Origin: Candidatus Woesearchaeota archaeon
GTDB lineage: Archaea; Nanobdellota; Nanobdellia; Woesearchaeales; SKIA01
DNA length: 64,000 nucleotides
Direction: 5' to 3'
NCBI GenBank assembly: GCA_046704725.1
Contig: JBJKRI010000006.1
Coordinates: forward strand, 187,482-251,481
Shown here: one piece after another, positions 36,118-45,482 of the stretch
How positions within the stretch are numbered: position 1 is the stretch's first letter
Layout of the letters: each line of letters opens with the position of its first letter
Program-made: the position numbers and the translations under genes
The notes under the pieces: generated by a model
Told to the model about the DNA's origin: nothing
What the model saw: only the letters and a program-made list of their open reading frames with translations
Databases searched by the model: none

Positions 36118-38633
36118 CCGCGCAGCTCCGACAAGAAGCGCTCGAGGGTCTTGGGCAACTGCTCTTCTTGCACGCTCACCATCGCGGCCGCGTCGGCGAG
36201 CGGATCCTTCGAATCGGACGGTTCCACCGCGAGGGACAAGAGCTCCTCCGGGACGTCCTGCTTCTTCTTGCGGAGCTTCTTGACCTTCTTCCACTTGGTG
36301 AAGAGCTCCTCGGTGCGTGAAGGAAGGAGCTTGGGGTCGTCGATGCCAAGAGCGTTCATCGCTTCTTTCTCGAGCTTCTCGCGACGCTTGACCAGGTCGT
36401 GCGCCGCTTTGCCCGCGACGTACTCGATGCGGACGACGCCGTCCTGCACCTTCGTCGACTTGAGCAATTTGATGAACTGGAGGTCTCCGGTCGTGTTCAC
36501 GTGCGTGCCCCCGCACGCCTCGGTATCGAAGCCGGGGATGTCCACGACGCGGATGCGGTTGCCCGGGACGGCGCCTCCCTGGTAGAGCCGGAAGCCGTAC
36601 TCCGCTTCCGCGACGGATTTCTTCATCTCGTTCTTGGTGACGGGCAAGTCCTCTTGGATGATCTCGTTGGCCACCTCCTCGATGCGACGCATCTCCTCGT
36701 CGGACAAGGCCTCGTAGTGCGTGATGTCCAAACGGCCCTTCTCGGGCGTCTTCGCGGCGCCGGCCTGCCAGATGTGCGGGCCCAGGACGCGTCGCGCGGC
36801 GCCGTTGATGACATGGGCCGCGGTGTGGTGTTGCGCGAGCTGGATGCGCCGGTCGATGTCGATCAAGCATTGCACCGTATCGCCCTTCTTGAAAGAAGGC
36901 GGCTTTTCCATGACGTGGATGATATGCTTTCCCTGCTTGTGCACATTCACCACGCGCTCACCGTCGATCGTTCCCGTGTCGTGGAGCTGTCCACCGCTGG
37001 TCGGGTAGAAGACAGTACGGTCCAAAATGACGTTCTTGCCGTCGACCTTCAACACCTTCGCCTCGCACGACGCGTAATCGTAGGAACGATAGTAGAGGGG
37101 TTCTGTCTCCGTGATGCCGGACACGTCCACGTCGGACTCGACGCGCGTCTGGGTGCGCTGCTCGTCATTGGCGTGGCGCTCCTCCACGAGCCTGTAGAAG
37201 TTGTCTGGGACGGTCACGACGATATCTTGCTTTCTTGCCTGCGAGCGCACCTGCTCTGGCGTGATGCCGTGGCTGTCATAGAGCTCCACCAACACATCGT
37301 TTGTTATGCTTGCTTTCTTGAGGGTGTGCTCGATGATGTGCGCGCCGCGCTTCTTGTTCTCGTGGTACTTGTCGAGCTCGATGCCGAGAAGGCGTCGGAC
37401 CTCGTCGAGGTCCTCCGATAGTTCAGGATACATGTCCTTGAGCTCTTCGGCGTGCCAGGAGGCGACGTCCGCGATGCTCACGTCCCACTCGTTGTCCTCG
37501 ATGAAGTCCTGCGCGCGGCGGAAGATGACGCGGAGGTTGTAGTAGCCGCCGACGTTGCCCGGCAAGGCGCCGTCGGTCAGAGCGACGAGCAATGACCGCG
37601 CGTGCTCGGCCACGGAGTACAAGGCGCGCATGGGCTCGATCTTCTCGCGCAACTCGCTCACTGGGACGCCGACGGCGTGGGCGACGCGCTCCCACGCCTC
37701 CTTGATGTCGTCGACCTCGTCGAGATTGAGCAGTGCGGAGTAGGGCGCGAACCTCCGGTAGAGCTTGGGGTCGAAGCTGACGCCCGTAGCGTCCTTGAGC
37801 TTGGAGATGACGGCAGGAAAGGTCGCATCGTACAAGGTGAGCGCTCCCTGACTGAACCAGGCGACGCGCTCCTGGCCGAGACCCATGTCCAGCACCTTGA
37901 GCTGCAATTCCCGGTCGCCGCCGTCGTGCTGCTCGTACATCATGTAGACTTGGTTGCACAGCTCAACCCCCCTGGAGAAAAATTCCATGCATGGGCCGTA
38001 GTTGCCGCCCCCAGCCCAAGCGTCCTCGTGCAAGGTGAGCTCGTCCTGCGGCAGGCCGAGCACGTCGGTCAAATACGAGAGGAGGTCCTCGAAGGCCTGG
38101 TTCTGGTCCCATTCCTCCTTGGGCACGAACTGGTGCTGGCCGATCATGACGAAACCGGTGCAGTGGCTGCCCGTGATGCCGACGTTGTCCACGTCGCCGA
38201 AGCGCAGGCAGAACTGCGGGATGACGAGCTTCTTAGCGGGCGGCTCGACCGCGCCGCTGATGACGTACGGCTGGAAGGCCGCGATCGACGCCATGGTGAA
38301 GTCCGTGGTAGGGTTCCAGCGGGCCACGACGGGATAGCGCGGGATCTTCGCGTAGCCGCGCGCGTGCATGTGCTCGGCGAAGGTCGTCCAGACCTCTGTG
38401 AAGGTCATTTTGCGCTTGGCGGGATTATCCTCGAACATGCTGACCTTGCCCTGGCAGGCCGGGTCCCCGCACCTCTCCTGGTCGGGATGGGTCGTCCAGA
38501 AGTACTTGCCGCAGCTTGGACAGGGCTTTCGCAGGAAGCCACGTTTCTCGAGGACCTCGGTGGCGTAGAACCGCTCGGGACTCTCCTGCGCGGTCTTGAG
38601 GAATTCCTTCTTGACCTGCTTGTCGGGACGCAT
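36114..38633 (-). CDS. alaS: Alanine--tRNA ligase (archaeal type, short C-terminus)
   Basis: YPVVARW, ASIAAFQP, WAGGG, DMGLGQER, editing domain HHTAAH...CGGTH. Confidence 0.96.
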   Translation of the reverse strand: MRPDKQVKKEFLKTAQESPERFYATEVLEKRGFLRKPCPSCGKYFWTTHPDQERCGDPACQGKVSMFEDNPAKRKMTFTEVWTTFAEHMHARGYAKIPRYPVVARWNPTTDFTMASIAAFQPYVISGAVEPPAKKLVIPQFCLRFGDVDNVGITGSHCTGFVMIGQHQFVPKEEWDQNQAFEDLLSYLTDVLGLPQDELTLHEDAWAGGGNYGPCMEFFSRGVELCNQVYMMYEQHDGGDRELQLKVLDMGLGQERVAWFSQGALTLYDATFPAVISKLKDATGVSFDPKLYRRFAPYSALLNLDEVDDIKEAWERVAHAVGVPVSELREKIEPMRALYSVAEHARSLLVALTDGALPGNVGGYYNLRVIFRRAQDFIEDNEWDVSIADVASWHAEELKDMYPELSEDLDEVRRLLGIELDKYHENKKRGAHIIEHTLKKASITNDVLVELYDSHGITPEQVRSQARKQDIVVTVPDNFYRLVEERHANDEQRTQTRVESDVDVSGITETEPLYYRSYDYASCEAKVLKVDGKNVILDRTVFYPTSGGQLHDTGTIDGERVVNVHKQGKHIIHVMEKPPSFKKGDTVQCLIDIDRRIQLAQHHTAAHVINGAARRVLGPHIWQAGAAKTPEKGRLDITHYEALSDEEMRRIEEVANEIIQEDLPVTKNEMKKSVAEAEYGFRLYQGGAVPGNRIRVVDIPGFDTEACGGTHVNTTGDLQFIKLLKSTKVQDGVVRIEYVAGKAAHDLVKRREKLEKEAMNALGIDDPKLLPSRTEELFTKWKKVKKLRKKKQDVPEELLSLAVEPSDSKDPLADAAAMVSVQEEQLPKTLERFLSELRG

Positions 38634-38685
38634 GGATTGCGTGGAGGGTGGCGTTTTAATAAAGTATTCCGGTGCTGGGGATGGT

Positions 38686-39882
38686 ATGGACCGGCACAAG
38701 CGTCTGGAGCGCAACGTCTGGAAGATCAAGCTCTGGATGTTCCTGACCTGGTTCCTCGCGTACGCGCCGATCATGGTCGTGTTCTACACGCACAACGGCC
38801 TGACGCTCGCGCAGACGTTCTTCTTGTCGAGCGTATTGTCAATCGTGCTGCTCGCGCTCAACGTACCGACCGGAGCGTTCGCCGACCGGGCCGGCAGGAA
38901 GCCCTCGCTCCTCCTCGCAGGGGTCATCGGTGGCGTGGGATTGCTCACCACGTCCGTCTCGACCGGTTTTTTGGGTTTCCTCGCGGGTATCGTCTTGTTC
39001 GGCGTGGGAGCGTCGTTCGCGCAGGGAGCGCAGGAGGCCATCTTCTACGAGACGTTGGTGGAGCTCGGGCGCAAGGACGAGTACGTGCGCCAGAACGGCC
39101 AGCTCCAATTCGTCTGCCGCTTCGGGGAGGCCGCCGCGGCCCTGGCGGGAGGAGCGCTCGCGACGCTGTCGTTGCGGGTGCCGTACGTGGCGAGCGCGCT
39201 CGTGTGGCTGTCGTCGGTCATCCTCGCGCTGACCATCGTGGAGCCCGCGCGCGAGCGCGCGGTGAAAGCGTACTGGCCGCACATGCTCGAGACCTTCAAG
39301 GACGCGTTGCACCGGCATCGCGTGCTCAAGTGGGTCATCGCCTTCGGGGTCATCTCTGCTTTGGGCACGCGCGTGGCCGCCTGGCTGTACCAACCATTGT
39401 ACCAAGCGGCCGGCGTGCCCATCGGATGGTTCGGCGTGCTCTGGGCGGGGCAACTGCTCGTCGCCGGCGCGTCCGGACTGCTCGCGCACCGCATCACGGG
39501 AAAACGCGCGTATCTGGTGGGCTTCGGTCTGAGCCTTGCCGTCATCGTGGTCGGCTACTTCATGATCGGGATCGTCGGGGCGCTCATCGGATTGCTCTTC
39601 ACCTTCCTCATCCAGGTGGGGCGGGGGCTCTCCGTGCCGTTCGTGCACGAGCGCATCTCCACGCTGGTGAGCGAGGACCGGCGCGCGACGGTGTTCTCTA
39701 TCCAAGGGATGGCCTCGAACCTCGTCTTCGCGGCCTTCATCCCGCTCGCTGGCGTGACGGCGGACGTCCATCTGCTCGGCACATTCTTGTGGATCGGCCT
39801 GACGCTGCTCGTGGCAGGAGGCGTATCGCTCGTCCTGCTGTCGCGGAGATCGAAGGGGCACCTCTGGAAAAACGATATATAG
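38686..39882 (+). CDS. MFS transporter
   Basis: About 12 TM segments, PTGAFADRAGRK, RATVFS. Confidence 0.9.
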   Translation: MDRHKRLERNVWKIKLWMFLTWFLAYAPIMVVFYTHNGLTLAQTFFLSSVLSIVLLALNVPTGAFADRAGRKPSLLLAGVIGGVGLLTTSVSTGFLGFLAGIVLFGVGASFAQGAQEAIFYETLVELGRKDEYVRQNGQLQFVCRFGEAAAALAGGALATLSLRVPYVASALVWLSSVILALTIVEPARERAVKAYWPHMLETFKDALHRHRVLKWVIAFGVISALGTRVAAWLYQPLYQAAGVPIGWFGVLWAGQLLVAGASGLLAHRITGKRAYLVGFGLSLAVIVVGYFMIGIVGALIGLLFTFLIQVGRGLSVPFVHERISTLVSEDRRATVFSIQGMASNLVFAAFIPLAGVTADVHLLGTFLWIGLTLLVAGGVSLVLLSRRSKGHLWKNDI

Positions 39883-40057
39883 TCCGCCTCCATACTGTGA
39901 GGGTCGGGAGGGCCGGATAGGCGCTCGCGGGAAAGCACAATCGTTTATAAAGAAAAACCGTTCTTTTTAAGTAAATTACAGAACGCTTAAATACGATGAC
40001 TGCATCCTTTTCTTAAGGATTTGTGTATAGCAACCGTTATGTTGGGGGTCTGAAAAG

Positions 40058-40984
40058 ATGACGGTAACGACGAAATATGTCAAGAAGTGTCCGGAATGCG
40101 GTGGTTTGAACCTCGCCATGAACCGAGAGCGCGGAGAGGTCATCTGCCGCGACTGCGGGCTCGTGGTCGAGGACAAGATGATCGACTTCGACCAGGAATG
40201 GCGCGAATTCGATAGCGACACCGCCTCCAATCGCCGCCGCGCAGGAGCGCCCATGAGCTTCCGCCAGTTCGACAAGGGACTGGGAACGGACGTGGGACAG
40301 GCCGCGGACCTCTACAGGCTGGGAAGCAAGACCAAGAACAAGTTCTTCAGGCTGCGAAAATGGCAGCAGCGCGTCTCGACAGCGATCGAGCGAAACCTCA
40401 AGCTCGCACTGTCCGAGCTCAAGCGCATCTCCAGCTTCCTCAAGCTCCCCGAGAGCGTGGAAGAGGAAGCCAGCCGCATCTATACCATGGCGGTCCAGAA
40501 AGGCCTCGTGCGTGGACGCAGCATGGAAAGCGTCGTGGCCGGCGCGGTGTACGCAGCGTGCCGCAAGCACGACGTTCCAAGGACACTGGACGAGCTCGCC
40601 GAAGCGAGCGGCATGGACCGAAAAGAGATCGGTCGCACCTACCGCTTCGTCATCCGGGAGCTCGAGATCAAGATACTGCCGTCCAATCCGATCGACTACA
40701 TCCCGCGCTTCGCATCAGAACTGAAGCTGTCGGCGATGACGCAATCCAAAGCCGTCGAGATCATCGAGGAAGCGCGCAAGATCGCATTGACCTCGGGACG
40801 CGGACCCACAGGCATCGCCGCGGCGGCGCTCTATGTGGCGGCGCTCATCAACGGCGAGAAACGCACGCAGCGCGCGGTCGCAGACGTGGCGGGCGTGACA
40901 GAGGTCACGATCCGAAACCGCTACAAGGAACTTCTTTCCGAACTCGGTCTCGAGGAAGAGATCAAGAAGAAGAAGAAGGACTGA
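40058..40984 (+). CDS. tfb: Transcription initiation factor IIB
   Basis: Zn ribbon CPEC...CRDC, EWREF, RGRS, GR.PTGIAAAALY, GVTEVTIRNRYKEL. Confidence 0.97.
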   Translation: MTVTTKYVKKCPECGGLNLAMNRERGEVICRDCGLVVEDKMIDFDQEWREFDSDTASNRRRAGAPMSFRQFDKGLGTDVGQAADLYRLGSKTKNKFFRLRKWQQRVSTAIERNLKLALSELKRISSFLKLPESVEEEASRIYTMAVQKGLVRGRSMESVVAGAVYAACRKHDVPRTLDELAEASGMDRKEIGRTYRFVIRELEIKILPSNPIDYIPRFASELKLSAMTQSKAVEIIEEARKIALTSGRGPTGIAAAALYVAALINGEKRTQRAVADVAGVTEVTIRNRYKELLSELGLEEEIKKKKKD

Positions 40985-40986
40985 AG

Positions 40987-41340
40987 ATGCCCCAAGACGG
41001 AATACAACGCCTGCTCAACGTCCTTGTCCATTCGGAATTCTCCCCCCAAGGCGAAGGCGCTTTCCTGATCGTGGAACAGCGGCTCGGAGACGGGCCGCTC
41101 TATCACGTCGCTCCCGCACCGACAAGCGATACCCAGATCATGGTGGAATGGCGACCTGGTTTCAAGCTGCAAGCCGTCGGAGGAGGCGTACTGGAGACAG
41201 AAGCGTACGGGCAGCGATTCCGCGTGATGCCTCACACTACATACGATACACTACCTCGCGGCAGGAGCCGAGAAATCAGCGGCGAGGAGTGGCGAGGATT
41301 ACGGAAGGCGGACGATGCGACGACCCCTCATGTGACCTAG
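40987..41340 (+). CDS. Hypothetical protein (orphan)
   Basis: 117-aa ORF starting 2 bp after the tfb stop. Confidence 0.5.
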   Translation: MPQDGIQRLLNVLVHSEFSPQGEGAFLIVEQRLGDGPLYHVAPAPTSDTQIMVEWRPGFKLQAVGGGVLETEAYGQRFRVMPHTTYDTLPRGRSREISGEEWRGLRKADDATTPHVT

Positions 41341-41762
41341 AGCGCGTCACGGACGGCGTTGACAAGACGATGCAGGTTCTCGTCGGAGAGCTGCTTGTGC
41401 GCCTCGGGACCGTGCCTGATGGCGAAGCCGTCTCCCGTGAAACGAGGGACCACGTGCAGGTGCGCGTGCGGCACCTCCTGGCCGGCCTTGGGACCGTCGC
41501 TCAGCATGAGGTTGACATCCTCGCAGAGGATACCCTCGGCATTCCGCAACGCGCGGTCGATATCCTGCGCGACGGTGAACATGCGCGCGGCGGCCTGCTT
41601 GGGGACGTCGGCGATGTACTGGTGATGCGCTTTGGGGACGACGAGCGTGTGACCCGGAGTGATGGGGAACAAGTCGACAAAAGCGATCACCAAGTCGTCC
41701 TCGTAGACGATGCCCGCGGGCAAATCGCGATCCATGATCTTGCAGAAGATGCAATCAGCCAT
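41337..41762 (-). CDS. HIT-family protein (Hint-like)
   Basis: DCIFC, PGHTLVVPK, AGQEVPHAHLHVVPR. Confidence 0.93.
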   Translation of the reverse strand: MADCIFCKIMDRDLPAGIVYEDDLVIAFVDLFPITPGHTLVVPKAHHQYIADVPKQAAARMFTVAQDIDRALRNAEGILCEDVNLMLSDGPKAGQEVPHAHLHVVPRFTGDGFAIRHGPEAHKQLSDENLHRLVNAVRDAL

Positions 41763-41785
41763 GCTATCGCCGTGCGCGTACGGGT

Positions 41786-42967
41786 TTAAGACTCTTGTGA
41801 TGGATTGCTGCGCGCGGCGTCGAGCGCGATGCGGATATCCTGCTCGTCGTAGCCATGCTCCTCGAGATAACCGAAGATACGCTCGTCGGGATACGTGAGC
41901 ATGTACTGTCGGATGTAGTCGATGAGCGGCTGCAGCTCGTGGGGAGTCTCGCTGCGCGGCAGGTGCTCGACGATCGTTGCCAGATACGAGGAGAGATGCT
42001 TTTTCGCGGGGACGACGATGCGCGCGTCCTTGAGGGCCTCGCGCAACGCGACGGAGTCGAGGCTCGTGCGGTCGGTCACATCGCCCACCTTGCGCTTGAG
42101 ATGCGTGAGCGAACCGGTCAGCGATGCGATACGCTCCTCGTGATGCCGCAACTCGTCCTGCTGACGGGAAGTCTTGTCCTCGACGACGGACAAGGTGCGG
42201 TCGAGCTTCGACACGTCGTCCTTGCCGACGGCCTCGGCCTGCTGCTTCGTCCTCTTGAGCTGCTTCTCGAGCGTGTCCACCCGACGCTTGAGCTGCGTGG
42301 CGACCGTGCGGACGGACGCGAGGGTCTTCTCGTTGCGCTCGGTATGCGAGAGGAGGTTGTCGGAATGCTTGTTGAGCGCCCAGATCTTGCGGTCGAGCTC
42401 CTCGAAGCGCTCGCGCATCTCCTTGTGCAGGGCGCGCAGGTCCGCAGGGGTATGCGCTGACGTCTCGGTCTTCTTGGACGCCTTCTTTCTCGTGGATTTC
42501 TTCGTGGCGCGCTTTGACGCTTTCTTCGGAGCGGACCTCTTCGTCTTGCGCCTGGTCGTCTTCTTGCGCTTCGCCTTCTTGGCTGGAGCTTTCTTCTTGG
42601 CAGGCTTCTTGGCCACGTGGTGCTTTTTCGCGGCACGCCTCTTCGGGGGGGGCGGGGGTGACGGGTGATTGGGAGCGGGTTCGGGTTCGTCCATGACCTG
42701 CTCCTCCTCCTTCGCCTCCTCGATCATCTGGTCCTCTTCGGAGAGGACCGCTTCCATGTCCTCCAGGAGCTTGTCGGAATCGCGGGACTTCTTCTGCGGT
42801 TTAGGCTTGGCAGCCTTAGGCTTCTTCTCAGGCTGGGGCGCGGGGGCGCGGGGCTTGCCGCCGGTGAACGCGCCGGCGATGCGGCTGAAGATACCTTTGG
42901 GCGGAGCGGGCGGCGGAGGGAGTGTCTTCGGTGCAGTCCCCTGCCGCTTTGCGCTCACCTCTCTCAC
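41786..42967 (-). CDS. Hypothetical protein: Pro-rich, Lys/Ala-rich, coiled-coil and C-terminal helical domains
   Basis: PPPPAPP, KKPAKKKAPAKKAKRKK, long heptad region, LIDYI...GY...I..A tail. Confidence 0.75.
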   Translation of the reverse strand: MREVSAKRQGTAPKTLPPPPAPPKGIFSRIAGAFTGGKPRAPAPQPEKKPKAAKPKPQKKSRDSDKLLEDMEAVLSEEDQMIEEAKEEEQVMDEPEPAPNHPSPPPPPKRRAAKKHHVAKKPAKKKAPAKKAKRKKTTRRKTKRSAPKKASKRATKKSTRKKASKKTETSAHTPADLRALHKEMRERFEELDRKIWALNKHSDNLLSHTERNEKTLASVRTVATQLKRRVDTLEKQLKRTKQQAEAVGKDDVSKLDRTLSVVEDKTSRQQDELRHHEERIASLTGSLTHLKRKVGDVTDRTSLDSVALREALKDARIVVPAKKHLSSYLATIVEHLPRSETPHELQPLIDYIRQYMLTYPDERIFGYLEEHGYDEQDIRIALDAARSNPSQES

Positions 42968-43029
42968 CTCACGTCCATTCCGGACAGGGAGATTCCATGG
43001 GTCGCCCTTTTTATATGATTCGGTTGCGC

Positions 43030-43320
43030 CTACTGCGGCTTAATCGCTCGCAGGGGCGAGAGGTGCACACCCCACTCCTCCGCATAGGGCGCGACGAGCT
43101 CGTAGGCCTTCTCCAAGGCCGCATCACCTTTCACGCCGTCGTCGAAGAGACGGTCGCGGACCAGATCGAGGACAGCGTCGAATTCTTTTCTGTCGTCGCG
43201 CACATGGCGGACAAGGGCGTCGAACTGGTCCTTGTCCTCCTGGGTGAGGCTGCCGCTATAGCGGTTCCAGACGGCCAGGCAATGCGCGACGATGCGCGCG
43301 TGGTTGATGACTGAGTTCAT
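43030..43320 (-). CDS. Small hypothetical helical protein
   Basis: 96-aa ORF with coding-like codon use. Confidence 0.55.
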   Translation of the reverse strand: MNSVINHARIVAHCLAVWNRYSGSLTQEDKDQFDALVRHVRDDRKEFDAVLDLVRDRLFDDGVKGDAALEKAYELVAPYAEEWGVHLSPLRAIKPQ

Positions 43321-43511
43321 GAGGGGGAAGCGCCCCGCGATGCGGGGCGCGTGATGTTGTGAAGCGTGCGCGGATGTCGCTGCGTTTTCTGTCGCTGCGC
43401 ACGCGAGGAGATGCTGCTGTCCTTGCAGACCACCGGTTTAGGGTGGTTGCTGTAGGGGTTGGGGGGTTGGGGTCAGAAATTGTTTCTGTGGCGACCAGGA
43501 TCCGCAAGAAC

Positions 43512-43670
43512 AGCAGGAGTTTGAACCGGAGGCCGAGACGGCCCCCGGGCTCACCCCTTTTCCAGCGGAAAAGAGTGGGATGGACCTTGGGCATCCGAAC
43601 CGGAGAGTGGGTGGAGAGAGCGGATGGAGTCGAGAACAGACACCCAAGGCCATGAGGGTGATTTCCTGCT
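43512..43670. ncRNA. Candidate multi-branched structured element, family and strand unresolved
   Basis: Nested pairings AGCAGGA/TCCTGCT, TCACCC/GGGTGA, CCTTGGG/CCCAAGG, CATCCG/CGGATG plus two hairpins. Confidence 0.45.
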
Positions 43671-43709
43671 TGCCGTCTGAAGACCGTGCGAGAGCTCGCG
43701 CTCGCCGGC

Positions 43710-44126
43710 CTACTTCTCTATCTTGAAGGGGAAGGGTGGTTTCCTGATCTCCTGCAGCCACATCAGGCCGACTTTCATCAGGTTCTTGTTGAACTGCTCG
43801 CTGATCTTGTACGTCTTCTTGTACATGTCGTACTGGATCATCCCCATGGTCTTCATAGGGGTGAGGATGCGGTCGTAGAACTGCCGCTTGTTGTACGAGA
43901 TCTTCTCCTTACGCTTGATCGGCACGGGGAAGTCCTTGGGGGACTCTATCTCGAAGCCGTCGTGCAGGGCTGTTGCGAACATGCTCATCTCGGTCTTTCC
44001 CATCTCGCCGTCGTGCTGCTTGATCTCCTCGATGAGGAGCTTGGCGACGATGACCTGTTGGCCCGTGGCGAAGATCAGTTCGTACACGTTGTCGGGCATG
44101 TTGAACTGATCGAACAGGATGACCAT
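43710..44126 (-). CDS. Hypothetical protein, possibly winged-helix
   Basis: 138-aa ORF with strong codon bias; YNKRQFYDRILTPMKTMGMIQYD...KTYKIS looks like helix plus wing; TTTATATA upstream. Confidence 0.75.
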   Translation of the reverse strand: MVILFDQFNMPDNVYELIFATGQQVIVAKLLIEEIKQHDGEMGKTEMSMFATALHDGFEIESPKDFPVPIKRKEKISYNKRQFYDRILTPMKTMGMIQYDMYKKTYKISEQFNKNLMKVGLMWLQEIRKPPFPFKIEK

Positions 44127-44284
44127 GCTTCGTTGATAGGAGGGAACTGGTATATAAATATAGCGATTATTGTGGTATTTCCTATACTGGTAGGGTTTTT
44201 TCGGCAAGGGCGAAAGAGGCCAAAATCAATACCCAAAAATCCACTCGAAAACAACACCGCATCGAGAATAGAGGAAGTAGGAGA

Positions 44285-44680
44285 CTATACCATCGCATTT
44301 TCCATCGCTTTCGCGCGCGTGTTGAGCATCACAGACCGCAACGTCCTCGACAGATCATCCACCGAAAAGACAATAGACTCATCATATCTCTGCAGGCCGC
44401 GGAAATCCGCAGTCACACCCACATCGAACACGATGCGCGCAATCTTCCAGCCGCGCAGACCACGACCGGCCAACAGCACATCCGGACCCGCAGGATCCTC
44501 GAGCTCGACGATAAGGCGATTATTCCGCTCTCCACCGCGCAACACGTGGAAACGGTAGTCGCCCTGACGCAATTCGTTCGCGAGATGCGTGGCGCGCACA
44601 AACAACTCCTGAATGAACCGCTCATTGTCGGAGGAACGCCCGGAGCTGAAGAGTCCGCGGAACCGTGACAGAAGGCCCAT
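44285..44680 (-). CDS. Hypothetical protein (orphan)
   Basis: 131-aa ORF, TTTAAG about 25 bp upstream. Confidence 0.55.
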   Translation of the reverse strand: MGLLSRFRGLFSSGRSSDNERFIQELFVRATHLANELRQGDYRFHVLRGGERNNRLIVELEDPAGPDVLLAGRGLRGWKIARIVFDVGVTADFRGLQRYDESIVFSVDDLSRTLRSVMLNTRAKAMENAMV

Positions 44681-44768
44681 AGGCGCGCAATCAAGAATCC
44701 ACTACTTAAATCGAACGCTTCAGGGACAGACCAACAGAGCAATATAGCACCACAACACCCAGAACGCT

Positions 44769-45482
44769 GTGCGACCGGAAGAGATCCCGCTCACCCAACG
44801 GTACCCGTTCACGCTCGAAGAGCTCTACCAGAGGTCAGAACTGAGCATCCCCCTCGTCCTGCCCGGAGACATCATCACCTCACCCAAAGGCACGCTCGTC
44901 GTCACCGACATCTGGCGGAGCGTGAACTTCGCAGAGGATATCAACGTCAAAGGAAAGAAGCTCGGGAGCAATGATCGCCATACAGTCCACCTCCTCGACG
45001 TGACGCATGAACGGCCGTACAAGGAGGCGCACGAAGCGTACTGGGCAGGGATTGTGCCGTTCATCGACGACACCGTACGCCTGAACGACACAGAAGAGCT
45101 CGCCTGTATCTTCGGACTGTACGCCCGACCATACATGCTGCGACTGGACGTCGAGCCAGCATCAGTAAGGATCCGCAAAGACGTGCTGGATTCTGAAATC
45201 TGGGAACAGGCCAGACAAGTTCACGCGGACTATGGATTGCGAGAAAACTGGATGGATCAACTACGTCGATATCATCCGCATGCGAGCGAGCAGACCCTGG
45301 AGGAGCGCTTCGAAGAAGAGTGGTTGACGTACCAAGCGGACAAGATCGGGCAAGGGACAGGCTTCTCCAGACGTATGAAAAGCCTCGAACGCGAATGCCG
45401 GCGGGTGAACGTCACGCAAGTCACGTTCGTGGAACGCTTCGCGCCCAACCTGATCTACAACGACGATCCGCTGAAGCACTAG
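44769..45482 (+). CDS. Hypothetical protein (orphan)
   Basis: 237-aa ORF with GTG start, AATATA upstream. Confidence 0.6.
   Translation: MRPEEIPLTQRYPFTLEELYQRSELSIPLVLPGDIITSPKGTLVVTDIWRSVNFAEDINVKGKKLGSNDRHTVHLLDVTHERPYKEAHEAYWAGIVPFIDDTVRLNDTEELACIFGLYARPYMLRLDVEPASVRIRKDVLDSEIWEQARQVHADYGLRENWMDQLRRYHPHASEQTLEERFEEEWLTYQADKIGQGTGFSRRMKSLERECRRVNVTQVTFVERFAPNLIYNDDPLKH

Noticed and set aside
43555-43580. ORB-like sequence TTCCAGCGGAAAAGAGTGGG suggesting a replication origin
   Set aside because: Single copy, no orc1/cdc6 in the window, no adjacent AT-rich unwinding element, and it is equally explained as one hairpin of the larger fold.
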